Notes under the pieces: generated by a model
What the model was told of the DNA's origin: nothing
What the model saw: only the letters and a program-made list of their open reading frames with translations
Databases searched by the model: none
Translations under genes and position numbers: made by a program
Assembly: GCA_965237525.1 (NCBI GenBank)
Contig: CBDEFO010000008.1
Coordinates: forward strand, 1,568,001 to 1,632,000
From: Candidatus Latescibacterota bacterium
GTDB lineage: Bacteria; Latescibacterota; CBDEFO01
DNA: 64,000 nucleotides
Reading direction: 5' to 3'
Part shown: one piece after another, positions 30,215-39,712 of the stretch
How positions within the stretch are numbered: the stretch's first letter is position 1
Layout: each line of letters begins with the position of its first letter

Positions 30215-30639
30215 GACTTTCAGCCAAGACAGATTACGGTGTAAGGGCGATATTCGATTTGGCTATGAACTACGGTCAAGGGCAAGTCCAAGGCGCCGAC
30301 ATAGCCCGAAGGCAGAATATCCCCGAACAGTACCTCGTCCAGCTCCTGACGCTCTTAAGGAGGGCGGGATACGTGAAAAGTCTAAGGGGTCCTAAAGGGG
30401 GACATACCATAGCCAAAGAACCTTCCGCGATCACTGTGGGGCACATCGTGGAGCTTCTGGAAGGTCCAATAGACCCTATAGAAGTACCCTTAGATCCTCA
30501 AAATGGAGATAATTACGTCCTTCAGGAGGTCTGGAACGACCTGAGAGAGGCTATTATCAAGATGCTGTATTCCATCAACTTTGGTGAGCTGTGCGAACGA
30601 AAGAGACAAAGGGACAAAAGCCTCACATTTCACATCTAA
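30211..30639 (+). CDS. Rrf2-family regulator (CymR-like, lacks the Fe-S Cys triad)
   Basis: DYGVRA, IPEQYLVQLL, VKSLRGPKGG and LEGP. Confidence 0.92.
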   Translation: MRLSAKTDYGVRAIFDLAMNYGQGQVQGADIARRQNIPEQYLVQLLTLLRRAGYVKSLRGPKGGHTIAKEPSAITVGHIVELLEGPIDPIEVPLDPQNGDNYVLQEVWNDLREAIIKMLYSINFGELCERKRQRDKSLTFHI

Positions 30640-30932
30640 AACAAGTGGACAAGTGGGACTAAAGGCGAAACATAGGTAAACACGGTAGACCGGACGGAGG
30701 TAAAGAGGCGGCAAAGTTTCTAAACTGTTGAGGAAGGTACGTAAACTATCTCTTAAAATCGAAAATGTGATCCTTCACCTGTAGAGGCCGGGGTTAACCA
30801 GTCCCTGGGCGAGGCGGCGTGGGCACTCCGTGCTCTGCTGCTCCCCAAGGTGAGTGATGATCGATAACAAGCTACGACGTGAGTGGCTTTGCCACTACTT
30901 CTGCCTACTGTTCTTATGATGGGAGATTAGCC

Positions 30933-31862
30933 TTGAGTACTGTTAAAGTGGAGAATATGCTGGGGTTGATCTTTAGCACCCCGATTGTTAGACTCAACAG
31001 AGTAGTCGACCAAGATTGTGCCGAAATCTGGGGCAAGTTAGAATCCTTCAACCCTGGCGGAAGCGTCAAGGACAGGATAGCCCTCTCTATGATCGAAACT
31101 GCAGAACGGGACGGACGCTTGAAGCCCGGCATGACGATCATCGAACCGACAAGCGGCAACACCGGGATCGGCCTGGCACTGGTTGCTGCCGTCAAAGGTT
31201 ACAGAATGATCGTTACAATGCCGGATACTCCCAGCGTGGTCGAAAGGAGGAGCATCTTCAAGGCCTATGGAACCGAGCTGATTTTGACACCAGCCTGGGA
31301 CGGTATGCAGGGAGCAATAGACAAAGCCGTGGAACTCCAGTCTGGAAACCCTGAGGAATATTTTATCCCTCAACAGTTTGAAAATCCTGCCAACCCCGAG
31401 ATTCACAGGAGGACCACGGCCCTCGAGATTCTAAACCAGATGGATGGAAAACTCGATGCCTTTGTCGCCGGAGTCGGAACCGGCGGCACGGTCACAGGTG
31501 TGGGAGAAGTCCTAAAAAAAGAGCTCCCGAACGTAAAGATAGTGGCTGCTGAGCCTCAAGAATCTGCAGTCCTGTCGGGCGGAGTTCCTGGCATTACTGG
31601 CATCGAAGGATGGGGCGCAGGATTTATCCCCGCTGTCCTGAACAGGGACACAATAGACGAAGTAATAACGGTCTCCACCGAAGACGCCTCCCTTATGGCA
31701 AGGAGACTTGCCAGAGAAGAGGGGATATTAGCAGGAACGTCAGCGGGTGGAGCGGTTTGGGCGGCCTTGAAAGTCGCAGAAGATATGGGCCCAGGAAAGG
31801 TCGTAGCGGTCATCCTTCCCGACAGGGGGGAAAGGTATCTCAGCACTACTTATGCAGATTGA
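30933..31862 (+). CDS. cysK: Cysteine synthase A
   Basis: NPGGSVKDR, EPTSGNTG, QQFENPAN, GVGTGGT and PDRGERYLST; TTG at 30933 follows GGGAG. Confidence 0.9.
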   Translation: MSTVKVENMLGLIFSTPIVRLNRVVDQDCAEIWGKLESFNPGGSVKDRIALSMIETAERDGRLKPGMTIIEPTSGNTGIGLALVAAVKGYRMIVTMPDTPSVVERRSIFKAYGTELILTPAWDGMQGAIDKAVELQSGNPEEYFIPQQFENPANPEIHRRTTALEILNQMDGKLDAFVAGVGTGGTVTGVGEVLKKELPNVKIVAAEPQESAVLSGGVPGITGIEGWGAGFIPAVLNRDTIDEVITVSTEDASLMARRLAREEGILAGTSAGGAVWAALKVAEDMGPGKVVAVILPDRGERYLSTTYAD

Positions 31863-32212
31863 CCATTATTCCCAAAACACTATTAAACAACTATATACAC
31901 GATAACACCCAATATTTACTTAACTTTATCACTTCATTGTATTATTATGGTGCTATATGATTTTATACCACTTTTGATAGGCTATGGACACTATTTGGAC
32001 ACCAGAAGTAACGACCCCACAAGCGTACGAGCCTCGCCGTCAGTAGCGGTATTTTGTTGTTCTCCTGAGCGATCCACTGCATAATTCAATTGACATCGCA
32101 CATTTTCTTTTGTATGTTCCCTCCTAATTAGCCTATACCTCCCGTAGCTACCCAATCCATTAGATCCTCCGTAGAAATACTTGGCAGGTAAATAACGCTG
32201 CTTGGCAGAGAC

Positions 32213-32246
32213 TGTGACAGAAGTTGTCACAATCAGGTTGTATATT
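32213..32246 (+). promoter_or_regulatory. Palindromic operator overlapping a promoter with no recognisable -35 (WYL/PafBC-type architecture)
   Basis: TGTGACA-N5-TGTCACA, with TGTCAC-N10-TATATT spacing to the -10 box. Confidence 0.6.
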
Positions 32247-32317
32247 CCCCACTAGAGAACAGTGAGACAGGCGCTTCTCCTAAGCTGAAGAATGAATCCT
32301 CAAAGCGGGAAGCAAAT

Positions 32318-33241
32318 ATGAAATGTCCAGAGTGTGGGTTGATAAATCCCGATAGCAGATCGAGATGTGTTTGCGGTTATAATTTTGCAACTAGTCAAAT
32401 GAAGGAATCATCTCAGCAGTCAGATGCGCAACAATTGAAGAAGATAAGTGTTATCCTTTTGTGGTTTCTGACAAATATCACCTTTGGAATATATGTCCCA
32501 GGTTGGTATTTGACAAGACGAAATACAATCAACAATCTGCAATCTGAGCAAAAAGTTGGCTCTGGAGTATTTGTTTTTGCTATTGTGGTGATCAGTATAA
32601 TTGTTTTGATAAGTATGGGTGGCTTCATCTCTGGCACCCCTAGAAACATGGATGCAGATGTTATGTTGGGAAGTTTTTTATGTGGTTTTATCATCTCTGG
32701 CAGCTCTGACACCATGGTTATATTGGGAATACTAAATTGGGTTGTAGTAATCACTTTGTTAGCTCAGTGCTTCAAGGTGAGGCGTATTCTAAATGAACAT
32801 TTCAACGCGCATTTACAAAGAGGAATATCGTTCTCGTGGATAGCAACTTTGTTTTTCCAAATATACTATCTTCAATACAAGATAAATAGATATGAAAATC
32901 GGCTGTCTACTCAAGAGCTAACTGTTCAAGAAACAGCTGCCAAAGTTGTAGAGCCAGCAGATGCTACAGTGCCACAACTGGGGAAAACTGATGTTGACAT
33001 CAATGGCAATAGCCAAAAAATAATCGCAACACGAGGATCGGTTATGAATAAGCCTCAAATGATTGTTATGTGGGTTATGGCAATCCTTCTATCCGTATTA
33101 TCATACCCTTTCTTTGATGAAGTAATGCGTATGTACGACGATGAAGCACTTATTTTATCCCTGATTGTATCAGTCGTTCTGATAGGAACAGCATTGGTAT
33201 TTTCTCTCAGGAATGTCAAAGATGACGAGGTTGCCAGGTAG
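32318..33241 (+). CDS. Zinc-ribbon membrane protein (DUF4234-like), AT-rich
   Basis: CPECG..CVCG; TFGIY..W and YYLQYKIN motifs; several TM segments. Confidence 0.7.
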   Translation: MKCPECGLINPDSRSRCVCGYNFATSQMKESSQQSDAQQLKKISVILLWFLTNITFGIYVPGWYLTRRNTINNLQSEQKVGSGVFVFAIVVISIIVLISMGGFISGTPRNMDADVMLGSFLCGFIISGSSDTMVILGILNWVVVITLLAQCFKVRRILNEHFNAHLQRGISFSWIATLFFQIYYLQYKINRYENRLSTQELTVQETAAKVVEPADATVPQLGKTDVDINGNSQKIIATRGSVMNKPQMIVMWVMAILLSVLSYPFFDEVMRMYDDEALILSLIVSVVLIGTALVFSLRNVKDDEVAR

Positions 33242-33275
33242 GAAGTTTTTTGCCAGCATTGGAGGATAGAACAAC

Positions 33276-33663
33276 ATGTATAAGCTAACTCACTTTGTAG
33301 CCCTTGTCGTTTTTCTGCTCTTCTTTATAGCTTGTTCAGATTCCAGTTTGTTACAATCTGACATTGACGAGTTGAAGCAAGAGGTGGAGGATTTCAAGAA
33401 ATCTAATCAGAACCTTAAAAAAAGAGCTTGATGATATAAAGAAATCGAATATAACTACCACGATTTCCACAGAAACTCAGAAGGGCACGGTTGAGTTCAC
33501 GGTGTCATCAGAGTGTACGTTTCTTGCAACTGGTCTCTCTGATATAAATCTAAACATTTATATAGACGGAGTTTTCAAAGAACAAACCGATTTTGACGAT
33601 TCATGGCGCTCCCGCCCAAATAGTGCCGATATATCTCCTCTTTGGGTTCTTCGATCCACGTAG
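33276..33663 (+). pseudogene. Small lipoprotein with a frameshift in an A7 run (33417-33423)
   Basis: GGAGG RBS; MYKLTHFVALVVFLLFFIAC lipobox, then a coiled coil that continues KKELDDIKKS if one A is removed. Confidence 0.55.
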
Positions 33664-33727
33664 TGCCAGAGGACAGGTTCGCAGGAAGAATCTTGCGGTG
33701 ATAGGCCGGCATATCTATGCTCCTTAT

Positions 33728-35564
33728 CTATGCTATTCCCAGCTCTTCCACTAAACTGTCGAATCTGTTTAAGACCCTATCTCTCAATTGTGAGTAAAAC
33801 TCCGGTGTTATAAAGTGGGTAAGTTTAATGTTCGGATTGCCCTCGTAGGTCTGATCGGGCAGGACGTAGTCGTCCACTCTGAAGCCCTGTTTTCTCTCCA
33901 GGGCATAACCCCTTATAAACGTCTTAAGCACGCTCCTTTTGAGTTCTGCTTCACTTATGGAGATGTTCATCTCTTCATTTAAGGCATTCACGGCGTAATT
34001 GTCGTCTATTCCGGCGAACTTGCAAAGGCCGATTAAGTCGTCCCTGATCTGGTACAGGCCTCTTTCTACTATCGCCTCCTCCCAGTAGTCGACAGATGTC
34101 TCTCCTTCGAAAATCAGTAAAAGGAAGGTCTTCATGGACATGTGCCCTCCGGCGATGGCGAAGGGATAGCCGGGGTTCGTCTCGGCGAGATATGCCGGAA
34201 GTTCCACTCCCTTGCATTGCATGGCGAAAGATGTCTCTCCCAGCTTTTCCGAGACTCTCTTTACCCCGTGTCCGAAGAGAGGTTCCTCTCCGTATGCCAT
34301 GTTCCTTAAGATCCTTTGTGCTCCTTCGAAATCCCCGAACTCCAGGTCGTCTGCGATCTTAGATTCTCCATCCTTGCGGCTGTTGTAGTCCATTATGTAA
34401 CCAAGTGTCACACCTGCGCTTATAGAGTCGAATCCCATTTCGTCCACAAGGGCAATTATCTCCCACGCCTGCGCCCTGTCGGTGATTCCGAGGTTGGAGC
34501 TCAATAGGTTCAGCGGCTCGTAGTCCGACTTGGCCAAAAAATCCCCGCCTTTTCCGTTCGCCTTGATGTATATGTTCTTGTGGCAGGCTATCCCGCACCT
34601 GTAGCACGACTCGTCCTTGATGTGATATTCCTCCTCCACGTTCTCCCTGAACAGAGGTGCACCGCCTCGTCGGTGCCCCTGAGGTCTGAAATTGTATTCG
34701 GGCAAAGCCCCTGCATCGTAAAGGGGAAGGTAGTTCGACCAGGTACCTCCCATCCCTCCTCCTTTGTCCTTTTCCCTGAACTTCTTCGAGCCGTCGCCCC
34801 TTGCTACCTCTTTGTTCACGTCCACAAGGAGTCTTGGTCAACCTCTTATGCCGGGGCTCGGTCCCGTCGCAGACTATGGCAAGGAGGTTTTTCGACCCCA
34901 TCAGGCCTCCCATGCCGCCGCGTCCTGCGAATCGAGGCTTCGGGTCGCCCGACTTTATCTGATTCTCCGTTGAAATCGCCACCGCAGCGAATCTGTTTGT
35001 ATCATAGTTCTCTCCGGCAGGACCTATTGCTGCAAAGTGTGCTTCGGGATATCTTTCTCTCAGATACATAATCTTTTCGTGGGTCGTCTTCCCTACCAGC
35101 TCCTGTGCGGGCTCAAGCGAGAGTTTTGATTCTTTTATGTCCCCCTTGACCACTAAGTAGACGGGCTCGTCTGACCTTCCAAAGAAGACCATCTCGTCGA
35201 TCCCAGCCCACTTCATCTCGGTCCCGAACTTCCCGCTCCCCGCGGACCACATCGCAGCAGGCATACCGCTGTTGGAGACCTTCAGCGGACTGTACGCGGT
35301 GAAATATGTCCTCAGACCTGTCATCACATCTGTGCCGCTTAAGACCCCCGTATTAACCACAAGAGGGCTTCCAGGATCATAAGCTTCCGTCACTGCGAAG
35401 TCCTCAAGGAATTTGAAGGACCGTGCAATTCCGCCTAAAAAATCCTCCATATCCTCACAATCTCTGTCTTCTGCATCGATTTTCCCGCTGTCCAATTGTA
35501 ATGTGGCCCTTCTGTATTTGAAATCCCTTATATCTTTCTTACCGTCGCCGTCTGGACTTATCAT
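33728..35564 (-). pseudogene. Aldehyde:ferredoxin oxidoreductase (tungsten AOR) family protein, frameshift near 34835
   Basis: N-half has SPL, IGPAGE and AGRGGMGGLMGSKNL; C-half has CYRCGIAC, DYEP, DEMGFDSIS and GLCKF. Confidence 0.85.
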
Positions 35565-35661
35565 ATCTTTTCTCCCTGAAATTTCGAGTCTATCTTTGCT
35601 TCGATCAGTTACCTTATGTTAAATAATAATAGATAGGTCATCGATTGTCAAGAGGTGAACT

Positions 35662-36006
35662 TTACATAATAGGCGAATGTGGCGAAGTCCAGGTCCGTAG
35701 CCTCAAGCCTCTGATCCGTGATTGTTTGATATTTTCGCGGATTAAGCGCAACCTATGTGCAGCATCAAGATAGAGTTGCTTACCTGGAGAAAGGTTGAGC
35801 GCTTTGAGCTCGTCGAAAGGACTAAAGGCCGTCTCAAACTTATACTCATCAATGAGTTTGGCTTCGGGCATGAATCTGTCCGCTGGCGGTCGTTCATTGT
35901 TCGTATAGCTGGTCATGCTCAGCGATAAATGGCCATCACGCCAGATTGCTGAATCATCGAGGAGTTCTTGATGACTTCTCAGAAAAATTGTAGAATCAGA
36001 CCTCAC
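35662..36006 (-). CDS. Hypothetical protein or fragment
   Basis: ORF only. Confidence 0.35.
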   Translation of the reverse strand: MRSDSTIFLRSHQELLDDSAIWRDGHLSLSMTSYTNNERPPADRFMPEAKLIDEYKFETAFSPFDELKALNLSPGKQLYLDAAHRLRLIRENIKQSRIRGLRLRTWTSPHSPIM

Positions 36007-36103
36007 TAATTTACTACTCGTTGAAGTGGAGATGTCCTAACAGGAGGATGAGAATAGCCACCTGTGGGAGCTACGATTTCCTTTGACATACCTAAACCTG
36101 TAT

Positions 36104-36676
36104 TCAGAATAGTATTAGATACCAGGAGGCCACAAAGCTTATTCCCGACACTCCCCATAGCAAGCCTGCTACTTTGTCTCTTCTTTCTGCGCTTTTAAGG
36201 TCATCCTCAATTCTTCTGGGATTGGCTGAGTGTAGATATTTATCGAAGCTGTCATCAGCGGAATTCTTAACTATTGATGCCGCTATTCCTGACGCCACCG
36301 ATATACCTAAGAAGACATAAGTGGGCCATCTGTTCTTGTCGTTTTTCCTCAATGACACGGACCCTGCGTAGTCCTTCTTGGTAAGGAATATCCTGCCTTT
36401 GCGCTGTGCCTGCTCTGCTTTGGAATCCTGCTCTGAAAGACTTTGTAGAAAGCCAATATCGCGCAAAAACTCTTTCCCTCTTATGTCTGATATTATCTTT
36501 GATTTCCCCAACATTGGAAGCACAGACATCCTTGTCTGTTCACTCTCCATGTGACACAGGGATCTCTGATCCACCCATAATTTTTGAGGGCCCCTTTGAG
36601 ACTGTGCAATTGACGGCCAGAGACCTGCAGCCAGGAGGGTGATTATGAAAAATAGTGGGCTTTTAGTGGTTGTCAT
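36104..36676 (-). CDS. Exported/membrane hypothetical protein
   Basis: Signal peptide plus two C-terminal hydrophobic helices. Confidence 0.7.
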   Translation of the reverse strand: MTTTKSPLFFIITLLAAGLWPSIAQSQRGPQKLWVDQRSLCHMESEQTRMSVLPMLGKSKIISDIRGKEFLRDIGFLQSLSEQDSKAEQAQRKGRIFLTKKDYAGSVSLRKNDKNRWPTYVFLGISVASGIAASIVKNSADDSFDKYLHSANPRRIEDDLKSAERRDKVAGLLWGVSGISFVASWYLILF

Positions 36677-36714
36677 CTACTTCTCTGGAGGCATCGAATA
36701 AGGTTTTCTATCCA

Positions 36715-36771
36715 CCCCCGAATGCCCGCGAATGATTCTACCCCGATTGAATCTATCGGGGGGGGTCGGGG
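36715..36771. repeat. Nested palindrome cluster containing a 21-nt micro-element (36741-36761)
   Basis: CCCCCGAATG-CCCGCGAATGATTCTA-[CCCCGATTGAATCTATCGGGG]-GGGG-TCGGGG. Confidence 0.8.
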
Positions 36772-36772
36772 A

Positions 36773-37984
36773 TCAGGGGCTGCTGTCTACTTGTTTCCCG
36801 AAGGCGTATATATAACCGCTCTCTGATCCTGCTGATCCTGCATAGATAAAGCTATCTCCGAAGGCGGGAGGAGATTCTATAGGGCCTTTGGTCTCGAATT
36901 TCCACTTCAATTCTCCTGATGCGCGGTCCAGGGCATACAAGTGCCTGTCTGCTGATCCGAAATAGACTGTATTATCCGTAAGAACAGGGGCGGACTTCAG
37001 GACGCCTTTTGTTGTAAATCTCCAGATCGGTCTGCCCGAGAGCTTGTCCAGGGCGTAGAGGTTACGGTCGTTCGAACCGAAATATACGGTTGTAACATCG
37101 CATGCTGATCCCGCGTATATTCCTGCCTCTGACTTGAAGATCCAGACCATCTCCCCGGAATGTGGATCCAGCTTGTAGAAAGTTCCCATCGCGGTTCCAA
37201 AGTATATACCACTGGAATCCGCAGTCGGAGAAGCATAGATGCTCGAATCTGCCTTGTACTTCCACTTCAATTTTCCCGTCTTTGAGGAGACAGCGTACAG
37301 ATGATCGTCGTCCGATCCAAAATAGACTAAACTATCTTTGGAACAGGGCGAAGAGTGAATTTGATCGTCTGCTTTGAACCTCCATAGCACCTCACCTGTT
37401 TGGGCTCTGACCGCTACTACTTCCCCGCGCTCTGATCCCACAAGCAGTAGGCCCTCCCAAAGACAAAGTGACGCGGATATATCTCCGAAATTTGCGCTCC
37501 ATTGTGCCTTCCCATCGGTCAGATTCAGGGCTATTAAGGACGCTTCCCCTCCTGAAAGAGGGATAAATAGCAGGCTGTCAAATAGAGCCGGAGTTCCGTG
37601 GATGGCTCCATCTACTTTGTAGGTCCTTATTGACGTCCCGGTTCTTCCATCTCGCAGGTATATCCTACCTGTCAAAGTAGCCGTCAGTACTTTGTGTCCT
37701 ACAAACAGAGGGGATGCCGCGACGGCTCCGTTGAGTCTATGTCTCCATAAGAGACCCAGCGGTGGGTCCGTCCCCCATGGAACGTATCCCGAACCCCAGG
37801 CGTTGCCTCTTCGCTGTCCCCACTCGTGGGGAGAATCTCCAACGGCTCGTATTACAATGGGGCTGGAACAGGCTATGAAGATAAGTAGACAGTAGACAGT
37901 AGCCCCCGATAGGGTCAATCGGGGGAGACAGGGATGGGAGAGGTACGGCGGTATGATGAATGCTGTTTGCCGTCTACTATTCAA
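36773..37984 (-). CDS. PQQ-like beta-propeller lipoprotein (BamB-like)
   Basis: Repeated VYFGS.D..LYAL....G...W.F units and lipobox FIAC; TTG start overlaps the upstream TGA (TTGA at 37981-37984). Confidence 0.85.
   Translation of the reverse strand: MNSRRQTAFIIPPYLSHPCLPRLTLSGATVYCLLIFIACSSPIVIRAVGDSPHEWGQRRGNAWGSGYVPWGTDPPLGLLWRHRLNGAVAASPLFVGHKVLTATLTGRIYLRDGRTGTSIRTYKVDGAIHGTPALFDSLLFIPLSGGEASLIALNLTDGKAQWSANFGDISASLCLWEGLLLVGSERGEVVAVRAQTGEVLWRFKADDQIHSSPCSKDSLVYFGSDDDHLYAVSSKTGKLKWKYKADSSIYASPTADSSGIYFGTAMGTFYKLDPHSGEMVWIFKSEAGIYAGSACDVTTVYFGSNDRNLYALDKLSGRPIWRFTTKGVLKSAPVLTDNTVYFGSADRHLYALDRASGELKWKFETKGPIESPPAFGDSFIYAGSAGSESGYIYAFGKQVDSSP
37904..37924 (-). repeat. 21-nt palindromic micro-element inside a signal-peptide coding region
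   Basis: Reverse complement CCCCGATTGACCCTATCGGGG lies in frame in the segment encoding PRLTLSG. Confidence 0.8.
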
Positions 37985-38622
37985 CCGGAGAATCGCTCCT
38001 GTTCCCAAGGATCGCCGTTGTTGTGGTACCCGTACATCTCCCAAAAACCAGGTCTGTCTTTTTCCATAAACTCCAAGCCGTTGACCCATTTTGCGCTCTT
38101 CCAGCCGTAGAGCTTGGGCACGATGAGGCGAAGCGGCCAGCCGTGCTCTCTGGAAAGTGGCTGGCCGCTTCTGCTGTGGGCAAATAATACGTCGTCGTCC
38201 AAAAGTGCCTCCACTGGTACATTTGTGGTGTATCCACCGTAGGAGTGGAGCATTACGAATTTTGCCTGAGGCTTTACACTGATCTGTTTTATCAGTTCCC
38301 GAAAACTTGCTCCCTGCCATTCGTTATCCAACTGGCTCCAGCGTGTAACACAGTGAAAGTCCGCTGTGAGCCTAATCTGGGGCATGCTCATAAACTCGTC
38401 GTAGTTAAACTCGAGTTCCTCATCCACCAGCCCGAAGACCCGAAAGCGCCAGTCCTTGGGGTCTACATTAGGCATAGTGCCGTAGGTAAGGACAGGGAAT
38501 TTATCCGTCAGATACTGTCCTGGCGGAATCCGATCCTGTATCTTGTCAGGCTTCCTTTTAGGGTTTGCCCGGCGAAGTTTTCTAACTCTTTCTATAGGAT
38601 CTATCTTCATCTTATCTCCCAT
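37981..38622 (-). CDS. Sulfite-oxidase-like molybdopterin oxidoreductase (YuiH/MsrP-like)
   Basis: IPPGQ, DFHCVTRWS, EHGWPLRLIVPKLYGWKSAKW and GFWE..GYH. Confidence 0.92.
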   Translation of the reverse strand: MGDKMKIDPIERVRKLRRANPKRKPDKIQDRIPPGQYLTDKFPVLTYGTMPNVDPKDWRFRVFGLVDEELEFNYDEFMSMPQIRLTADFHCVTRWSQLDNEWQGASFRELIKQISVKPQAKFVMLHSYGGYTTNVPVEALLDDDVLFAHSRSGQPLSREHGWPLRLIVPKLYGWKSAKWVNGLEFMEKDRPGFWEMYGYHNNGDPWEQERFSG

Positions 38623-38702
38623 GTGTTGGAGTGATTTATCGTTTTATCCTTAAGTTATCAAATGTCTTACTTTATGGAATGTGTCTGTATTGAAGCGAAT
38701 TG

Positions 38703-39676
38703 CTAAGGAGCCACTGCCGAGACACGTTTGATCTGGCCCCAAGTAGTCCCTGACACACCCGTAGACTCTTCAAGGAGAAAGGAAAACGCATAAGGCCTGA
38801 AATCCACATAGATACCCTCCTTCGAAGTGGACAGTTGCGTTTTCACATGAAAGTGATAGTGGCCAGGTTCGGTCAACTGATAGGTGTCTGTAAGAGGCAA
38901 GGAAATACGCTCTGTCTGGTTTGGAGCGATGGTCACAAACTTAGGTAAACTATCGGTCTTTCCAGAGATTGATTGCACGGAATCACCAATCCTATCACGC
39001 AGATCAAACCAGATCAGTATCCCTGACGGAAGTGGATGGGCCTGATTTTCCGGTACAGAAAGCACTGTAACTGAGTTCGCCATATGATTGGTGACTTTCA
39101 ACGATACGTTCACATATCCACTTAAGGAAAAATGATCTGAGCTGTGAAATTCGATCTCTATTGGGGGGGTCCCATGGGCAATTGTATATTCAACAAACTC
39201 TACAACGTCAACTGCTAGCGCAGATGAATCCTCACCAAGCACAATGACACGGGGAGGCACTAACGGGGAAAAGTAGCTGCCTTCATCCTCTTCTGTTATC
39301 ATCAGCAACAATCGATTGTCTACCTTATAGGGTTCTAGCAGAAAATTACAACCAGAATGCGAGATACCTTCCGAGAAGGATAGAACCAGTGGTCCGGGTT
39401 CCAGATCTCCTTTCAAGACCCGTTCTACCTGGATGATCGTCGAAACCCCAACTCACGAACCCCAATATCACTCTCTTCGTCTCGATAGGTCACTTCTGGC
39501 CTTATCGAATCAACAGTTCCTACAACAATAAAATGAGCTGAGGGAACGACGGAGACTATGGGCCAGATCTCAATGGTACAGGCTTCCAAAAAGGTCCATG
39601 AAATCAGCGTAAGCACTAGACTGCAGATGATCACAACTTTAAGTATGGAAAGCCACAGGACAGGTGCAAGCCTCAT
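38703..39676 (-). pseudogene. Secreted protein with a C-terminal TWGxIK motif, frameshift near 39447
   Basis: Signal peptide and IVVGTV lie in ORF 39425..39676, continuing as STIIQVERVLKGD in ORF 38703..39416; ends STGVSGTTWGQIK. Confidence 0.65.
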
Positions 39677-39712
39677 TCAAGCTTCCCCCTGGCTTTGATA
39701 ATCAGAGCGAAC

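Noticed and set aside
30640..30715. Degenerate 8-9-mer repeats (ACAAGTGG twice, GGTAAAC-like) after the Rrf2 gene
   Set aside because: Too short and degenerate to assign a function.
31991..32230. 79-aa minus-strand ORF or tmRNA
   Set aside because: No RBS or motif, no tRNA-like ends, and it overlaps the palindromic promoter of the opposite gene.
37985..38320. N-terminal extension of the 515-aa ORF 36773..38320
   Set aside because: Overlaps the Mo-oxidoreductase gene in another frame; a TTG at 37984 gives a proper lipoprotein leader.
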